Notes under the pieces: model-generated | The model's database searches: none | Seen by the model: the letters and a program-made list of their open reading frames with translations, nothing else | What the model was told of the DNA's origin: nothing | Translations under genes and position numbers: made by a program | Shown: positions 46,976 to 58,311 of the stretch, one piece after another | Layout of the letters: every line of letters begins with the position of its first letter | Numbering within the stretch: position 1 is the stretch's first letter | Source of the DNA: a bacterium | Lineage (GTDB): Bacteria; Bacteroidota; Ignavibacteria; UBA10030 | Length of the DNA: 64,000 nucleotides | Assembly (NCBI GenBank): GCA_043803945.1 | Contig: JAZDJN010000027.1 | Location: 7,931-71,930 of the forward strand | Direction: 5' to 3'

Positions 46976-48334
46976 ATGTTTCGTAAAATTTTCCTGGTTG
47001 GCATTCTAGCTTTGATAATGTTCTCGTCGTGTTCTCTCATCCAGTTTCTTTATGAGCAGGATGATTTCATTCGCGTGGAGAGGACTCAGTTTACCCACAA
47101 CGGTAAGCCGTACTATTTTGCTGGGATCAACCTCTGGTATGGCTGCTATCTGGGATCTCCCGGAGAAACAGGTGATCGTGAGCGGCTTTGCCGTGAACTC
47201 GATTCATTGCTCGCCTATGGCATTAACAATCTGCGTCTCCTGGCTGCTTCTGAAGATTCATACATACTGCGTTCGATCAAGCCGGCGATTCAACGAGCTC
47301 CCGGTGTTCTCAATGATTCCCTGCTGGTCGGATTAGATTTTGTCCTGGATGAAATGTCAGAGCGGCATATGCATGCTGTGATGTTCTTGAACAATTACTG
47401 GGAATGGTCGGGTGGAATGGCGCAGTATGTCGCTTGGGCCACCGGTGCAGATGGCCCCGATCCGGAAGATCCGGTAAAAGGCTACGGTGGATTTATGGAT
47501 TTTTCAGCGAAGTTTTATTCTACTCCCGAAGCGATGCGGCTGTATGAAGAGTATGTGAAACGGATCGTCACTCGGAGAAATACAATCAATGGCCGCTTGT
47601 ATGCCGAGGATCCAACGATCATGTCGTGGCAGCTCGCGAATGAACCACGCCCCGGCCGGGATGGAGAATCGGGAAAACGAAACCTTGCCGCGTTCAATGC
47701 CTGGATCGAACGGGCTTCGCAGTACATTCATTCCCTGGATACCAATCACCTCGTCTCGACTGGAAGCGAAGGGAAGGTTGGCTGTATTCAACTTGAAGAA
47801 GCGTTTCTCGAATCACACAAATCGGTGTATGTTGATTACCTGACATTTCATCTCTGGCCATTGAATTGGGGATGGTTCAATCCCAAACGCATTACGGAGA
47901 CTCTTCCCTCGTCGGAAGAAAAATCGTTGCAGTACATCAACCTCCATTTTACGCTAGCGAGACAGCTCAACAAGCCAATTGTCATGGAAGAGTTCGGCAT
48001 GGGGCGGGATAGTGCAAATATCCTTCCCGGAACACCGACGACAGCACGCGATCATTTTTATCGAGTTGTCTTCCAGGCACTCTATGATTCTGCACGGGCC
48101 GGTGCACCGATTGCCGGCTCGAATGTCTGGACGTGGGGAGGCGAAGGTGTTGCCCGGCATCCAGACGGTCAATGGCGCAAAGGCGATCCGTTCGTCGGCG
48201 ATCCTCCGCAGGAACCACAGGGAAGAAATTCAATTTTTATTTCGGATACCTCTACCCTAAGTATTCTGCATCGGCACGCACGACTGATGCAGCGGCTTGG
48301 CATTATGGATTCCCTGCTCACCTATAAGAAGTGA
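46976..48334 (+). CDS. GH5-family (clan GH-A) endo-beta-1,4-mannanase-like lipoprotein
   Basis: Lipoprotein signal (MFSSCS). 'WQLANEPR' carries the catalytic acid motif NEP and 'VMEEFGMG' is the nucleophile region. A Trp-rich TIM-barrel pattern is present. Confidence 0.65.
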   Translation: MFRKIFLVGILALIMFSSCSLIQFLYEQDDFIRVERTQFTHNGKPYYFAGINLWYGCYLGSPGETGDRERLCRELDSLLAYGINNLRLLAASEDSYILRSIKPAIQRAPGVLNDSLLVGLDFVLDEMSERHMHAVMFLNNYWEWSGGMAQYVAWATGADGPDPEDPVKGYGGFMDFSAKFYSTPEAMRLYEEYVKRIVTRRNTINGRLYAEDPTIMSWQLANEPRPGRDGESGKRNLAAFNAWIERASQYIHSLDTNHLVSTGSEGKVGCIQLEEAFLESHKSVYVDYLTFHLWPLNWGWFNPKRITETLPSSEEKSLQYINLHFTLARQLNKPIVMEEFGMGRDSANILPGTPTTARDHFYRVVFQALYDSARAGAPIAGSNVWTWGGEGVARHPDGQWRKGDPFVGDPPQEPQGRNSIFISDTSTLSILHRHARLMQRLGIMDSLLTYKK

Positions 48335-48499
48335 CAATGAATTTGAAGATGCAATGGAGATTCCTGCTGATGCGGAACAGTACTGATGAGTCGCTCTCAG
48401 CAGTTACTTGCTTAAAATCTGGTCAACGCCTGCTATGGCGCATGCGGACCAATCGTACGGTACTAATCCACACTTCAACGAATCGTGCCTTAGAATTCT

Positions 48500-51111
48500 A
48501 TGAACCATATCAAAGTCTTGACGTTACTTGCCGTATCGATGATGATCGTGCAGCTTTCAGCTTCCAACGGTGACCGTTCGATGAACATGAACCTGCACAC
48601 TCAATGGAGATTTAAACAGGAAGGAACCGATCGATGGTACTCTGCGGCTGTACCGGGGTGTGTCCATACCGACCTGATGCAAAACGGACTAATTCCAGAT
48701 CCATTTGTTGGAACGAACGAACGCGATCTCCAATGGATTGGTGAAAAGAATTGGATCTATGAGACAACATTCGGCATTCCAGCCGCATTCCTCCGACAGG
48801 ACCATGTCGAACTTATCTTCGAGGGATTGGATACGTATGCAGATGTTACCCTGAACGACAACACCATTCTCCATGCAACAAATATGTTTCGCACATGGCG
48901 AATTGAATGCAAAAGCCTTTTACGAGAGGGGCAGAATCGTTTGGCAATCCGATTCAAAAATGTGTTCGACGAAAATCTCCCTAAACATCGTTCTGCACCC
49001 TTCGAGCTGCAAGCCTTCGATAACAATGATCAGGCAGAGGCAAAGATTTCCATGCATTCCCGCAAAGCCCAGTTCCATTACGGATGGGATTGGGGGCCCC
49101 GGCTAATCACGTGCGGCGTTTGGCGTCCTGTGGCCCTTCAAGCGTGGAGTGGATTCAAGCTTAACCATGTGCATGTCCAGCAACAGAATGTCACAGAAGC
49201 TGGTGCTGATATCCTCTCTGTCATCGCCATCGACTCAGATCGGCCGCGGGAGGTTTCCATACTCATGACGATGGATGACCTCCAGCTTGTTACACAGCGT
49301 GTGAAGCTTCAACAGGGGAAAAATGTTATTCCTCTTACAGGGCATCTGGCCAATCCAAAACTCTGGTGGACGAATGGCTTAGGTGCTCAATACCTCTACT
49401 CGTATCGGCTTATCGTGAAGGATGATTCCGAATTGAGTGATGAGTATACCACATCCATCGGCATCCGTTCTCTGGAAATTGTTCGGGAGAAGGACACACA
49501 CGGTAGAAGCATGTATGTGAAACTGAATGGTGTACCGGTCTTTATGAAAGGGGCTAATTATATCCCGCAGGACAATTTTCAGAATCGGGTGACTCGGGAC
49601 CGTTGCGAACACATTGTTCGTTCTGCCGCAGAAGCGAATATGAACATGCTCCGGGTATGGGGCGGCGGTATTTACGAAGACGATCAATTCTATGAGTTCT
49701 GCGACCGGTACGGTCTCCTTGTGTGGCAGGAAATGATTTTTGCCTGTGCGATGTATCCTGCTGACGGTGACTTTCTGGAAAATGTGCGGCAAGAGGTGAT
49801 TGATAATGTAACCCGAATCCGCAACCATCCCTGTATCGCATTGTATTGCGGCAACAATGAGAATGAAGCTGCCTGGTTTCAGTGGGGATGGAAGCAGAAA
49901 TACGATACACGAACGCAAGAAATTTTTGAACGGAACGCAGAAAGGCTCTTCTATGAAGTAATCCCTTCGGCGCTCCGGGAAGCAGACTCGACACGCTATT
50001 ATCATCCCACTAGTCCGATTGCCGGAATCAAAAATACTCCATACAGCGAAGGTGATATCCACTATTGGGGTGTGTGGCATGGCAAAGAACCGTTCGAGAA
50101 TTTCACTTCCAACATTGCCCGCTTTGTGAGTGAATATGGATTTCAGTCCTACCCTGAACTCTCCACCGTTTCAAAATTCGCCCGGCCGGAAGATCGACAG
50201 CTTCATTCCGATGTGATGCTGTCTCATCAGCGTTGCATGGCGGATGCACGGCGTGACAAAGAGTATGGCAATCGCTTGATACAGACATACATGGATCGAT
50301 GGTACCGTACGCCGAAAGATTTTGAATCATATCTCTATGTCAGTCAGGTTCTTCAGGCTGAAGGAGTACAGGTAGCATTGGAGGCTCATCGCCGGGCAAT
50401 GCCATTTTGCATGGGAAGCTTATACTGGCAGATCGACGATTGCTGGCCGGTGGCATCATGGTCGAGTATCGATTATTACGGCCGCTGGCATCATGGTCGA
50501 GTATCGATTATTACGGCCGCTGGAAAGCACTCCACTATGCAGCAAAAAACTCTTATGCTCCTATTCTGGTTTCTCCAGCGATGTCGAAAGACAGTGTCAT
50601 CCTTATTCTAGTTTCAGATGCATTGAAAGCGTTTGAAGCGTTGCTCGATGTAACGGTGATGGATTTCAACGGCACTCGAATTTCACACCTTACGCTTCCC
50701 GTGACTGTACCGGCGAATAGCTCGGCGAAGATTCCTACCATCCCGAAACAGCAGCTTATCGGAGATGCAAACGAATCCCGATCTGTTATTCACCTGCAAT
50801 TACGACGGGGGCAGGAAACTCTCCACGAACGATACGCCTACTTCCGGCTGCCAAAGGAACTGGAACTACACAAGCCAACCCTGATGAGAGCCATTCAAAA
50901 AAATCTAACGGGATATACCATTGAGTTGGCCGCATCGACACTTGCGAAATCTGTCATGCTTGCCTGCGGTGACGATGCATGTTTCTTCAGCGATAATTAT
51001 TTTGACCTGGTGCCGGGAATTCAAAAGACTATAACGGTAACGACAACAATGAAACAGGATGAATTCGAAAAATCATTGAAGATTATCAGCTTGATCGATA
51101 GTTATCAGTAA
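48500..51111 (+). pseudogene. GH2 beta-mannosidase disrupted by a 35-bp tandem duplication (frameshift splits it into ORFs 48500..50611 and 50407..51111)
   Basis: The N-terminal 'WYSAAVPGCVHTDLMQNGLIPDPF' and 'LIFEGLDTYADVTLN' are typical of beta-mannosidases. The unit 'tggcatcatggtcgagtatcgattattacggccgc' occurs twice in tandem (50451-50485 and 50486-50520). Removing one copy restores the continuous frame '...CWPVASWSSIDYYGRWKALHYAAKN...' and a protein of ~860 aa. Confidence 0.75.
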
Positions 51112-51173
51112 CCTGAATTCTCCGTACTGCTAATTCGATTACAGTCCTCCGTATCCTGAACATTAAACGATCC

Positions 51174-52271
51174 ATGATGATTGTCATTATTCGATTGCTT
51201 GTCTATCTCGCCACACTCTTAGGATCGGCCACTATGCCCTCACCGCTGAAATTCATACCAGCCAACCATCCCTTCATTCAATATAGTGGAAGATGGGATG
51301 TATCCGACACGCTTCACCGCAAGCATTCCTGGCCCGGAGCGTATCTCCGCGCTTCATTCAGCGGTACGAGTATCGGGATCAGGATGAAAGATAATCTGAA
51401 CTATTACAATGTGTATATCGATGGAACGCTGTATAAAATTTTTCGTGGAACCTCGCCGGACGAAGCTGAGTACACCCTTGCGGAAGGTCTGGATTCTTCA
51501 GCGCATGCACTGCTTCTTAGTAAGCGAAATTTCATGTTCGATGCCGTTTTTTCGGTTTCAGGATTACTGATCGAGGAGGGGGCATCGCTTCTTCCTCCGC
51601 CACCGAGGCCGGAGCGAAGAATAGAATTCGTCGGGGATTCCTTCACGGCTGCTGAAGGGAACGAAGCAACCATGCAGGATGTCGCGTGGGAAGATCGTTT
51701 TCCACTCACCAATATTGATCGGGGATTTGCTCCCATCGTTGCCCGTCATTTTGATGCCGAGTATCACACAACCTGCCGCTCCGGCAGCGGGATGGTATGC
51801 AATTGGGAGGGAAATCCAGAGATCACCATTCCGAAGATCTTCAACCGTACATTGATGGAAGCCCCGGAACCGAAATGGGATTTCAGACAATGGAAACCCG
51901 ACCTCATCGTCATTTGCCTCGGCCTGAATGATCACTCGGGATTACGTGATTCCAATGGGAATATCTCTGAGGAAAAATCTTCTTTCTTTCGCAGAGGTTA
52001 TACAGAATTTATCAGTAGACTCCGAACGCTCTATCCCGGTGTGCGACTTCTTGCCGTTGCGGCTCATCCTGAATGGGTCAGAACGAACGTTCATCAGGTT
52101 GTTCAGGAGGAACTCCTCCATGGAATGAAGGATGTTGCATACACAACGTTCGATGAGGTTCCAGGCGGGTATGTCGCGAACAATCACCCAACAGTTGCCA
52201 CGCACGAAAAAATTGCTGAACAGATCATTGCTGCCATCGAACGGGAGAAAATATTTCCGGTGATGAAATAG
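51174..52271 (+). CDS. CE2-like acetyl esterase (N-terminal beta-sandwich + SGNH/GDSL hydrolase)
   Basis: Signal peptide. The GDS motif is 'IEFVGDSFTAAEGN', the SGNH block III is 'VICLGLNDHS' and a C-terminal 'NNHPTVATHEKIA' is His-containing. Size and architecture fit the CE2 family. Confidence 0.6.
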   Translation: MMIVIIRLLVYLATLLGSATMPSPLKFIPANHPFIQYSGRWDVSDTLHRKHSWPGAYLRASFSGTSIGIRMKDNLNYYNVYIDGTLYKIFRGTSPDEAEYTLAEGLDSSAHALLLSKRNFMFDAVFSVSGLLIEEGASLLPPPPRPERRIEFVGDSFTAAEGNEATMQDVAWEDRFPLTNIDRGFAPIVARHFDAEYHTTCRSGSGMVCNWEGNPEITIPKIFNRTLMEAPEPKWDFRQWKPDLIVICLGLNDHSGLRDSNGNISEEKSSFFRRGYTEFISRLRTLYPGVRLLAVAAHPEWVRTNVHQVVQEELLHGMKDVAYTTFDEVPGGYVANNHPTVATHEKIAEQIIAAIEREKIFPVMK

Positions 52272-52283
52272 CAGTCATATTCA

Positions 52284-53513
52284 ATGTATCCAATGAAAGA
52301 ATTACGAACGATGAGAAGGTGCACTCTACAACGGTTCTTGTTTTACCTAGCTTTGGTGATCTGGAATTCATTCTCCTATGGACAATCACCTCTCCCTCCC
52401 GATGCAAAACTGGAAAAACTTGCCACCGGATTCCTGCAGCCCGAGGGACCAGTATGGAAAGAGGGAGTCGGCCTCCTCTTTAGCGACATCAAACGCAACC
52501 TCATTAATCTCTGGTCGCCGGTGGATGGTTCGATAAAAACATATCTGCAGCCGTCGGATAGTTCCAACGGACTCACATTCGATCGCCATGGCCGTTTAGT
52601 GCTCACACAGATGCGATTGCGCCGGGTATCACGGCAGGAATTGGATGGCACGATCACACCGCTTGCCTCGACATATAATGGTAAGAAACTGAACAGCCCG
52701 AATGATCTCGTGGTGAAATCCGATGGCTCCATTTTCTTTACCGACCCCGATTTTAATATCCCTGTCGGGCAGATAAAAGAATTGAACTTCAAAGGGATTT
52801 ATCGGATTAGTCCCGCCGGCGCGTTGATTCTCCTGGATAGCACATTCGATAAACCGAATGGCATTTGTTTCTCTCCAGATGAACGGAAATTATACGTTTG
52901 CGAGTCGCCGCGCTGCGGCATTTATGTATGGGATGTGATCGGTGATTCCGCGCTTGCGAACAAGAAACTTTTCTTCGCAATCCCCGCAACCGGCTATGCA
53001 GATGGGATGAAAGTTGATGCAGCAGGCAATCTTTACTGCACAGGGCCTACGGGAGTCTGGATTATCTCTCCATCGGGACAATATTTGGGTAAGATTGCTA
53101 CACCTGGAAATCCATCGAACTGTGCCTGGGGTGATGCCGATAGGAGAACCTTATATATTACTGCGGACAGTTCACTGTATAGGATTCGGATGGTCACCAC
53201 AACAAAACAGGAAGAAGAAGAGCATCCAACACCCGACCACTCCGAGCTGTTTCAGAACTATCCGAATCCATTCAATGTCTCGACTATTCTTACGTATCGG
53301 ATTTCGGAAGCCTCGCATATCAATCTCAGGATCTTTGATTCGCTGGGGAATCTTGTCACAACTCTCGTCGACGAGAGGAGAGAGGCGGGTTTCCATGCTC
53401 GAACATTCGATTGCTCGGTGTTGGCGAGCGGTGTTTATCTTGCCCAGCTCATGGCCCGAACGGATCGGACAATCTCCACCTCGCAATCGAAAAAGTTACT
53501 GCTGATACGGTAG
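52284..53513 (+). CDS. SMP-30/gluconolactonase/LRE-like beta-propeller protein with T9SS C-terminal sorting domain
   Basis: 'FLQPEGPVWKEGVGLLFSDIKRNLINLW' and 'NSPNDLVVKSDGSIFFTDP' are propeller-family motifs. The C-terminus 'FQNYPNPFNVSTILTY...SGVYLAQL...KKLLLIR' is a T9SS CTD. Confidence 0.65.
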   Translation: MYPMKELRTMRRCTLQRFLFYLALVIWNSFSYGQSPLPPDAKLEKLATGFLQPEGPVWKEGVGLLFSDIKRNLINLWSPVDGSIKTYLQPSDSSNGLTFDRHGRLVLTQMRLRRVSRQELDGTITPLASTYNGKKLNSPNDLVVKSDGSIFFTDPDFNIPVGQIKELNFKGIYRISPAGALILLDSTFDKPNGICFSPDERKLYVCESPRCGIYVWDVIGDSALANKKLFFAIPATGYADGMKVDAAGNLYCTGPTGVWIISPSGQYLGKIATPGNPSNCAWGDADRRTLYITADSSLYRIRMVTTTKQEEEEHPTPDHSELFQNYPNPFNVSTILTYRISEASHINLRIFDSLGNLVTTLVDERREAGFHARTFDCSVLASGVYLAQLMARTDRTISTSQSKKLLLIR

Positions 53514-53672
53514 TTAATCGATGATCGTTTATATTGCTGCGCGTGAAGGTGAAGTATTGCCTCGCTTTGTATCGTCCGATAGATCCTCAAGAAAAAGAAG
53601 AGAATTTTAAAGAATAGGTGTATATTTGTTTGTCGTACTTGATATGTATGTTCATTCACAGGAGGGGACTCC

Positions 53673-55862
53673 ATGAACCTGGGTAAACATTTTTTCAACT
53701 TGCTTCTTGCACTTATCATTTCACAGGTATCATTTTCACAATCGAACCGGATCACCTATAACAATCAACGACTGTTTCTCAGCGGTGCTAATCTCGCATG
53801 GCTCAGTTTTGCGGGAGATATTGGACCGACACAGGCCAATTATGCAAAGTTCGGAGAAATACTTCTTATGATGCATGACAGCGGCGGGAATTCGATGCGT
53901 TGGTGGCTTCATACCAATGGCACTATCAGTCCGCAATTCAATGATTCGGGGTATGTTATTGGACCGGGAGATGGTACTCTTGATGATTTGAAGAAAGTGT
54001 TGGATCTCGCCTGGGAGCGAGAAATTGGATTGAAACTGTGTCTCTGGTCGTTTGACATGCTTCGCTCTTCCAATAATAGTACAGTTCTCAATCGAAACAG
54101 GCTGATGTTGAATGATACCAACTACACCCGCGCCTATATTAAGAATTGTCTCATTCCATTGGTCAATGCGCTGAAAGGGCATCCCGCGATCGTTGCATGG
54201 GAAATATTTAATGAACCAGAGGGCATGAGCAATGAATTTGGATGGAGCGAAATCCAGCACGTCCCCATGGCCTCTATTCAACGATTCGTTAATCTCTGTG
54301 CTGGAGCGATTCACCGTGCAGATCCGGCAGCTAAAGTGACGAATGGCTGCTGGGCGTTTCTTGCACTCACCGATGTGGCGACAACTTCCATCTCCTTGGG
54401 AAAGATTGGCATAGACCTCTCACAACTGGGTATTGCCGAGAGAGAGGATATGGAAAAACGGTTTACGGATAAATATGGGATAACGCTCACCGCGGAAGAA
54501 ATAGTGCAGCACTATCAACGCGCTGCTCTGCAAGCAAACTATAATTATTACTCCGACAGCCGTCTCATTGCTGCAGGTGGAGATGTTCAGGGAACACTCG
54601 ATTTCTACTCCGTGCATTATTATGATTGGGCAGGGACGTCTCTTTCTCCTTTCAGCCGGCCTGCACTGTTTTGGAATCTGGATAAGCCGATCGTCGTTGC
54701 TGAATTCCATATGAAAGATACATTCGGTGTTCCCAAACAGTATCTCTTTGAAGTCTTGTTCCAGAATGAATATGCAGGTGCCCTGCCATGGTCGTGGACG
54801 GATAACGCCGTCACGAAAGTTGAAGATATGCTGGCTGGAATGAAGTATATGTGGGATAATCATAAGAACGATGTGGATGTTCTCGGCATCGGGGGAGATT
54901 GGCCAATTGTAACGCTTACAGCTCCTGCTCCTGAAACAAAATTTGCCGACACTGCAAAAGTCGTCATTACAGCCGAGGCGTCGGATAAGGATGGTTCTGT
55001 AGCCCGGGTGGAGTTTTTTATCTCGGATACTGTGAGAATTGGAGAGGCCATAACACCGCCGTATACGATGACCTGGTCGAATTTGAAATCAGGATTATAC
55101 GTGATTACAGCAGCAGCGACCGATGACAAGGGTCACAAGCGGATCTCCAAGGGAGTTCAGATCCAGGTGGGTGCGCTTCAGATGACAAGACTGGAAGCCG
55201 AAGGTGCAATCCGATCTGGCACACCGACTGTTCGAAGCGATCCGACAGCAAGCCGTGGTTCCTATGTCACCATGCAGCAGACCGGCACTATTACATGGAC
55301 AATCCCCAGTGTGCCTAAAGATGGAGCTTATGAAATCGTGTTTCGATACAGATTATCTTATAATACACCAAAGAATCAGTATATCAATATCAATGGAGTA
55401 CGTATAACAGAACTGGCATTCACGGGAACAACGAATACATGGCTCGATAAATCATTAACGGTTAATCTTACTGCCGGGCAGAATATTGTACAAATGGAAT
55501 TATCCTGGGGATGGATGGATGTCGATTACCTCTCCGTCCCGGTCACATTCCTCACATCGGTGAAGAGCAACAATGAGCTTCCACTCTATTTTTCTCTTGA
55601 GCAGAATTACCCGAATCCGTTTAATGCAATGACAAATGTCGAATTCCGATTGCTGGTGAGGGCCAAGGTGAAACTGAGTGTGTACGATATCCTCTGCCGT
55701 GAAGTGGCAATACTGGCGCATAGCGACCTGGCGGCAGGAACCCATGCAGTACGGTGGGACGCTTCGAATTTCGCCAGCGGAGTTTACTTCTACAGACTCG
55801 AAGTACAAGATGGTTCACCGGCTGGTGTGATTCAGACAAGGAAAATGGTCCTGGCCAAATAG
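53673..55862 (+). CDS. Secreted clan GH-A (GH5-like) mannanase/glycanase with C-terminal beta-sandwich (CBM/Ig-like) domains and T9SS C-terminal sorting domain
   Basis: Signal peptide. The catalytic region carries 'LFLSGANLAW', 'SMRWWLHTNG', 'AWEIFNEPEG' and 'VVAEFHMKD'. The C-terminus 'EQNYPNPFNAMTNVEF...SGVYFYRL...RKMVLAK' is a T9SS CTD. Confidence 0.6.
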   Translation: MNLGKHFFNLLLALIISQVSFSQSNRITYNNQRLFLSGANLAWLSFAGDIGPTQANYAKFGEILLMMHDSGGNSMRWWLHTNGTISPQFNDSGYVIGPGDGTLDDLKKVLDLAWEREIGLKLCLWSFDMLRSSNNSTVLNRNRLMLNDTNYTRAYIKNCLIPLVNALKGHPAIVAWEIFNEPEGMSNEFGWSEIQHVPMASIQRFVNLCAGAIHRADPAAKVTNGCWAFLALTDVATTSISLGKIGIDLSQLGIAEREDMEKRFTDKYGITLTAEEIVQHYQRAALQANYNYYSDSRLIAAGGDVQGTLDFYSVHYYDWAGTSLSPFSRPALFWNLDKPIVVAEFHMKDTFGVPKQYLFEVLFQNEYAGALPWSWTDNAVTKVEDMLAGMKYMWDNHKNDVDVLGIGGDWPIVTLTAPAPETKFADTAKVVITAEASDKDGSVARVEFFISDTVRIGEAITPPYTMTWSNLKSGLYVITAAATDDKGHKRISKGVQIQVGALQMTRLEAEGAIRSGTPTVRSDPTASRGSYVTMQQTGTITWTIPSVPKDGAYEIVFRYRLSYNTPKNQYININGVRITELAFTGTTNTWLDKSLTVNLTAGQNIVQMELSWGWMDVDYLSVPVTFLTSVKSNNELPLYFSLEQNYPNPFNAMTNVEFRLLVRAKVKLSVYDILCREVAILAHSDLAAGTHAVRWDASNFASGVYFYRLEVQDGSPAGVIQTRKMVLAK

Positions 55863-55930
55863 GCGGGTGAGTTACAGGGTGTGCATACAAATAATTAAGT
55901 GTTGTCACTGTTTACTAACGAGATAGTATT

Positions 55931-58027
55931 TTGATTATAACAAAGGAATCAGCCGTGCAACCTTGCCGATTTTTTCTCTCTGCGGTATCATTGACAATAC
56001 TAACAGTGTCGAGTCTATGGTGCCAGCTTTCCAGCGACATTCGCTTGAATCAGATCGGGTTTTATCCCGCGATGCCAAAGATCGCAATTGTCCGCAATGT
56101 AAGTGCAGCGCCGTTCGCGATTGTATCAACGACAACGTTAGATACCGTCTTCCGCGGCACACTGAGTTCAGCGCAGACATGGCCCTATTCAAATGAGTCT
56201 GTAAGCCGTGCAGAGTTCACCGAATTGCAGACACCCGGCACTTATCGAATTGTGGTACCCGGCTTAGGAACATCGTACCTCTTCACGATTAAACCCCGCA
56301 TTCACCTGAATGTCGCGACCGCCGCGTTGAAGAGCTACTATTATCAGCGTGCATCGATGACGCTCGATGCTGCGTATGCGGGTTCCTGGGCGCGTGCTGC
56401 TGGGCATCCGGATAATAGTGTCCTGATTCATCAGTCGGCGGCAAGCGTGCAGCGTCCGGCAAACAGTACAATCTCCGCTCCTCGCGGATGGTATGATGCC
56501 GGTGATTATAACAAGTATATCGTCAATTCCGGAATATCGACATACACGATTCTTGCGGCGTACGAACACTATCCGGAATTCTGTGATCGACTGGACACAA
56601 ACATTCCTGAGAGCGGCAATGGCGTTCCGGATATACTCGATGAGGCGCTCTGGAACGTACGGTGGATGTTGGCCATGCAGGATCCGAATGATGGAGGAGT
56701 GTACGCCAAACTGACGAATGCGAACTTTGATGGTTTTATCATGCCCGCTGCTGCTACCACGCCGCGCTATGTCGTGAAAAAATCTACCGCTGCTGCATTA
56801 GATTTCGCTGCGGTAACGGCGCAGGCAGCACGGATCACAAAAAAATTTTCTGCTGCACTGCCGGGATTATCAGACTCTTGCTTGCAGGCATCGCTGAAGG
56901 CGTGGCAATGGGCAAGGAACAATCCAGCAGTGTATTATGATCAGGCGCAAATTAATGCTCAATATACTCCCGTAATCAATACGGGAGCATACGGTGATAA
57001 TAATGTCTCCGATGAATTTGCATGGGCGGCTGCAGAGTTATGTGTTACAACGGATCAGGATAGTTTTTTAACGGTGGCGAGCCCTCTCTCGGTCTCCTGG
57101 TTCAACGTCCCCGGATGGCCTGATGTTCGCACACTCGGACTGTACACACTCGCTCAGCATCGTAACACTCTGCCATCATCCATCGATACGAGTATTCTCG
57201 CAGTTCGATTGGTAACGCTGGCAAACATGCTTCGTAATGCTATGACAACTTCTGCCTACCGTGTCGTGATGGGCGCGCAAAGCTCTGATTTTGGATGGGG
57301 AAGTAATTCTGTGGCAGCAAATCAGGGAATGGTGCTCCTGATGGCGTTCAGGATGACAGGCGATACAAGCTATCTGCGCGCCGCCCTGAGCAATCTCGAT
57401 TACCTTCTCGGGAGAAATGGAACGACATTCTGTTTTGTTACCGGTCTTGGATCTCGCTCTCCATTGAATATTCATCATCGCCCCTCAGCTTCAGATGGTG
57501 TCCAGGCACCCGTGCCGGGATTATTAGCCGGAGGGCCGAATCCCAGAATGGAGGATAGTGTGAAGACCTATCCGTCATCGCTGCCCGCTCTGGCGTACAC
57601 CGATAATGTGAATTCCTATGCTTCGAATGAGATTTGTATCAACTGGAATGCACCCCTGGTATACCTCGCCATCGGAATAGAGGCGCACACGTCACCGAAT
57701 GGTTTACCGACCTCGTTGAATCCTGATCCCTCGCATCAGCCGATTCCCGGGTCATACGGACTGTTCCAGAATTATCCCAATCCATTCAATCCCTCAACGA
57801 CGATCAGGTATCAGATACCGGCGACAGGACATGTGACGTTGAAAGTGTTCGACACGCTTGGTTGTGAAGTGACAACCTTGATTGATGAAGTGAAAAGCGA
57901 AGGTTCCTATTCAGTGGTATTTGATGGTGCACATCTTTCGAGCGGTGTCTACTTTGGACGGTTGATGGCACAATCCCGGGATGGTAATCCTGTCGTTGAG
58001 ACAAGAAAGCTTGTCTTGACAAAGTGA
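55931..58027 (+). CDS. GH9-family glycoside hydrolase with N-terminal CelD-like Ig domain and T9SS C-terminal sorting domain
   Basis: 'IRLNQIGFYPAMPKIAIV' is the Ig-like N-domain. 'GWYDAGDYNKYIVNSG' matches the GH9 DAGD motif. 'DEFAWAAAEL' is present. The CTD is 'FQNYPNPFNPSTTIRY...SGVYFGRL...RKLVLTK'. Confidence 0.7.
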   Translation: MIITKESAVQPCRFFLSAVSLTILTVSSLWCQLSSDIRLNQIGFYPAMPKIAIVRNVSAAPFAIVSTTTLDTVFRGTLSSAQTWPYSNESVSRAEFTELQTPGTYRIVVPGLGTSYLFTIKPRIHLNVATAALKSYYYQRASMTLDAAYAGSWARAAGHPDNSVLIHQSAASVQRPANSTISAPRGWYDAGDYNKYIVNSGISTYTILAAYEHYPEFCDRLDTNIPESGNGVPDILDEALWNVRWMLAMQDPNDGGVYAKLTNANFDGFIMPAAATTPRYVVKKSTAAALDFAAVTAQAARITKKFSAALPGLSDSCLQASLKAWQWARNNPAVYYDQAQINAQYTPVINTGAYGDNNVSDEFAWAAAELCVTTDQDSFLTVASPLSVSWFNVPGWPDVRTLGLYTLAQHRNTLPSSIDTSILAVRLVTLANMLRNAMTTSAYRVVMGAQSSDFGWGSNSVAANQGMVLLMAFRMTGDTSYLRAALSNLDYLLGRNGTTFCFVTGLGSRSPLNIHHRPSASDGVQAPVPGLLAGGPNPRMEDSVKTYPSSLPALAYTDNVNSYASNEICINWNAPLVYLAIGIEAHTSPNGLPTSLNPDPSHQPIPGSYGLFQNYPNPFNPSTTIRYQIPATGHVTLKVFDTLGCEVTTLIDEVKSEGSYSVVFDGAHLSSGVYFGRLMAQSRDGNPVVETRKLVLTK

Positions 58028-58204
58028 CTTACGTGTCCCGCTAGAGCCAAGATTGAGAGTCTGAGATTGATACTCTGAACCACCAAGTTCACCAAAATGT
58101 AAAATATTTACTCAGCGTGATATTAACAGTCAAGGTGATTTCCATCTCAGCAGAATGCCGCAGGACCTGATTAATCAATTGTAGTTCTCATGCGGAGTAA
58201 ATTC

Positions 58205-58311
58205 CCCCTTTCGTAAAGGGGGTCCGGGGGATTTGGTTTTTGCTGCGTTAATCTGAGAAGTATTTACAGCTTCCAAAGAAATCCCCCAAATCCCCCTTTG
58301 GCAAAGGGGGA
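58205..58311. repeat. G5/C5 palindromic hairpin cluster between convergent genes (probable bidirectional terminator or REP-like element)
   Basis: There are two hairpins, 'ccccctttcgtaaaggggg' and 'ccccctttggcaaaggggg', in direct orientation ~70 bp apart, flanked by the inverted pair 'gggggatttgg' / 'ccaaatccccc'. Confidence 0.5.

Noticed and set aside
49379-50080. 233-aa and 146-aa antisense ORFs lie inside the beta-mannosidase gene.
   Set aside because: They are nested antisense to a CDS with strong GH2 motifs.
53736-54314. A 192-aa antisense ORF lies inside the GH5-like T9SS gene.
   Set aside because: It is a shadow ORF within a well-supported forward CDS.
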